In this document: piece after piece, positions 62,772 through 64,000 of the stretch
Layout: each line of letters opens with the position of its first letter
Numbering within the stretch: position 1 is the first letter of the stretch
Source of the DNA: an uncultured Candidatus Saccharibacteria bacterium
Lineage (GTDB): Bacteria > Bacteroidota > Bacteroidia > B-17B0 > Aurantibacillaceae
Assembly: GCA_963763345.1 (NCBI GenBank)
Contig: CAVXOV010000014.1
Location: forward strand, 5,317-69,316
DNA length: 64,000 nt
Direction of reading: 5' to 3'
The notes under the pieces: generated by a model
Seen by the model: the letters and a program-made list of their open reading frames with translations, nothing else
What the model was told of the DNA's origin: nothing
The model's database searches: none
Translations under genes and position numbers: made by a program

Positions 62772-63823
62772 ATGTATAGGCTTTTAGATTTCTTTTGGAA
62801 AAACAATTTACCTCGTTGGTCTATATTAATTATTGATACTATTATTTGTGCCTTTGCACTTACACTGGCATTTTTACTGCGTTTTAATTTTGCTTCTATT
62901 CCTCATAAAGATTTAAAAAACATGCCTATTGATTATGCAATGGTTTTGGGCATACGTTTCTTTAGCTTCCTGTTTTCTAAAACGTATAAGGAGTAGTGCG
63001 TTATACGGGTTCTAAAGATTCCGTTCGGATACTATTAGTTGTTCTTTTAGGAAGTGGCATACTACTACTTATAAACTTTATTACACGGTTAATATCAGGT
63101 GTATATTATATACCGCATTCAGTTATTATTATTGATTCTCTCTGCACCATGTTTATTATGATATGCTCGCGATTGGCAGTTAAAGCAGTATATTTTGAGC
63201 GTAAGAATCCGGATAGAATCCGAACTAATGTTTTGATATATGGGGCAGGGGAGTCTGGTATTTTAACTAAAAGAACGCTTGAACGTGATGCCGATGTTAA
63301 ATATAAAGTAATTGGTTTTATAGATGATGATACTAAGAAGAAAGGCAGAAGTCTGGAAGGTATTTTTATTTATCCGCCTGATAAATTGGAAGAGCTGATA
63401 AAGGATAACCAGATAGATACCGTTATTATTTCCATCTTAAATATTTCTACCACCAGAAAGAGTGAGATTGTAGAGATTTGTTTGCAACAAAACATTAAGG
63501 TACTAAGTGTACCCCCGGTAAGCAAATGGATAAATGGGGAGTTGAGTTTAAATCAATTAAAGACTATACAAATTGAATCCTTATTAGAGCGAGACCCTAT
63601 TAAACTTGATGTGTCACTGATAGAACAACAACTTCAGAGCAAGGTGATTTTGGTAACGGGTGCTGCGGGTTCTATTGGTAGCGAGTTGGTAAGGCAGATA
63701 CTTCGTTTTCATCCTAAAAAGGTTATTCTGTTGGATAATGCTGAGAGTCCTTTGCATGAGATGGATATAGAGCTTGCTGAAAAGTATAGCCGTGAGCAAT
63801 TTGAGGTGGTGATGGGCGATGTG
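62772..63823 (+). CDS. Nucleoside-diphosphate sugar dehydratase (CapD/PglF-like); frameshift near 62990, truncated
   Basis: TM region, [28 protein letters not shown]. Confidence 0.85.
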
Positions 63824-64000
63824 GTAAACGGTGGCCGTATCGAAGTCGTACTGGTGCTTGGTCGGCTCGTGCGGCTTGGGCTCAATCAGGATGGTCCCGG
63901 CAAAGCCGATCTTGTGTTTGTGCTCGACAACCATCGCACAGGAACCGGCCGAGATTGTCGAGCTCGCGCCGCAAGTCGGTGTTGAGCAGGGCGTCATAGC
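63824..64000 (-). other. xylA: GC-rich xylose isomerase fragment, probably foreign/chimeric
   Basis: [20 protein letters not shown] / [37 protein letters not shown]; abrupt GC increase. Confidence 0.88.

Noticed and set aside
16768-63000. Pseudogenes or programmed frameshifts (TPR, PKD/T9SS, T9SS-A, MBOAT, waaA, CapD-like)
   Set aside because: Isolated single-base indels in otherwise intact genes, including normally essential waaA, point to long-read errors.
62996-63997. Novel fusion proteins 62996..63985(+) and 63614..63997(-)
   Set aside because: Artefacts of the probable chimeric junction at ~63824.

Overview
AT-rich Bacteroidota chromosomal segment (TAnnTTTG promoters, T9SS-sorted proteins, bS22). 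It is probably a long-read or metagenomic contig, given scattered single-base frameshifts and an apparently chimeric GC-rich xylA fragment in the last ~180 bp. Most of the window is housekeeping or envelope genes: aminotransferases, surface-glycan genes, HU x2, rng, rocD, M16 peptidase, fmt, DUF5723-OmpA, T9SS cargo, 2-oxoacid dehydrogenase E1, MBOAT, metG, SAM-I riboswitch + metH, LTA-synthase-like gene, waaA. The best candidate for an undescribed system appears twice: a signal-peptide-less protein with a predicted helical N-terminus and an FN3/Ig-like C-terminus lies beside a 21-bp-period tandem array. Locus 1 (9282-11505) is an ECF sigma factor, a SigW-type promoter TGAAAC-N16-CGTT, a 228-aa gene, a hairpin and 17 palindromic 21-mers bracketed by ~28-bp inverted repeats. 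Locus 2 (57482-58569) is a 243-aa gene with 11 degenerate 21-mers, inside a cassette bounded by inverted REP-like elements that also carries a HEPN/Zn-ribbon gene. A third, orphan 21-bp remnant lies at 2146-2250. Other notable items: tandem CTAA-N5-TTAG boxes before a repair radical-SAM gene, in-frame palindromic insertions in metH, and a CRR6-like gene paired with a possible RelE/BECR-like gene. All family assignments come from visual motif recognition, not database searches.
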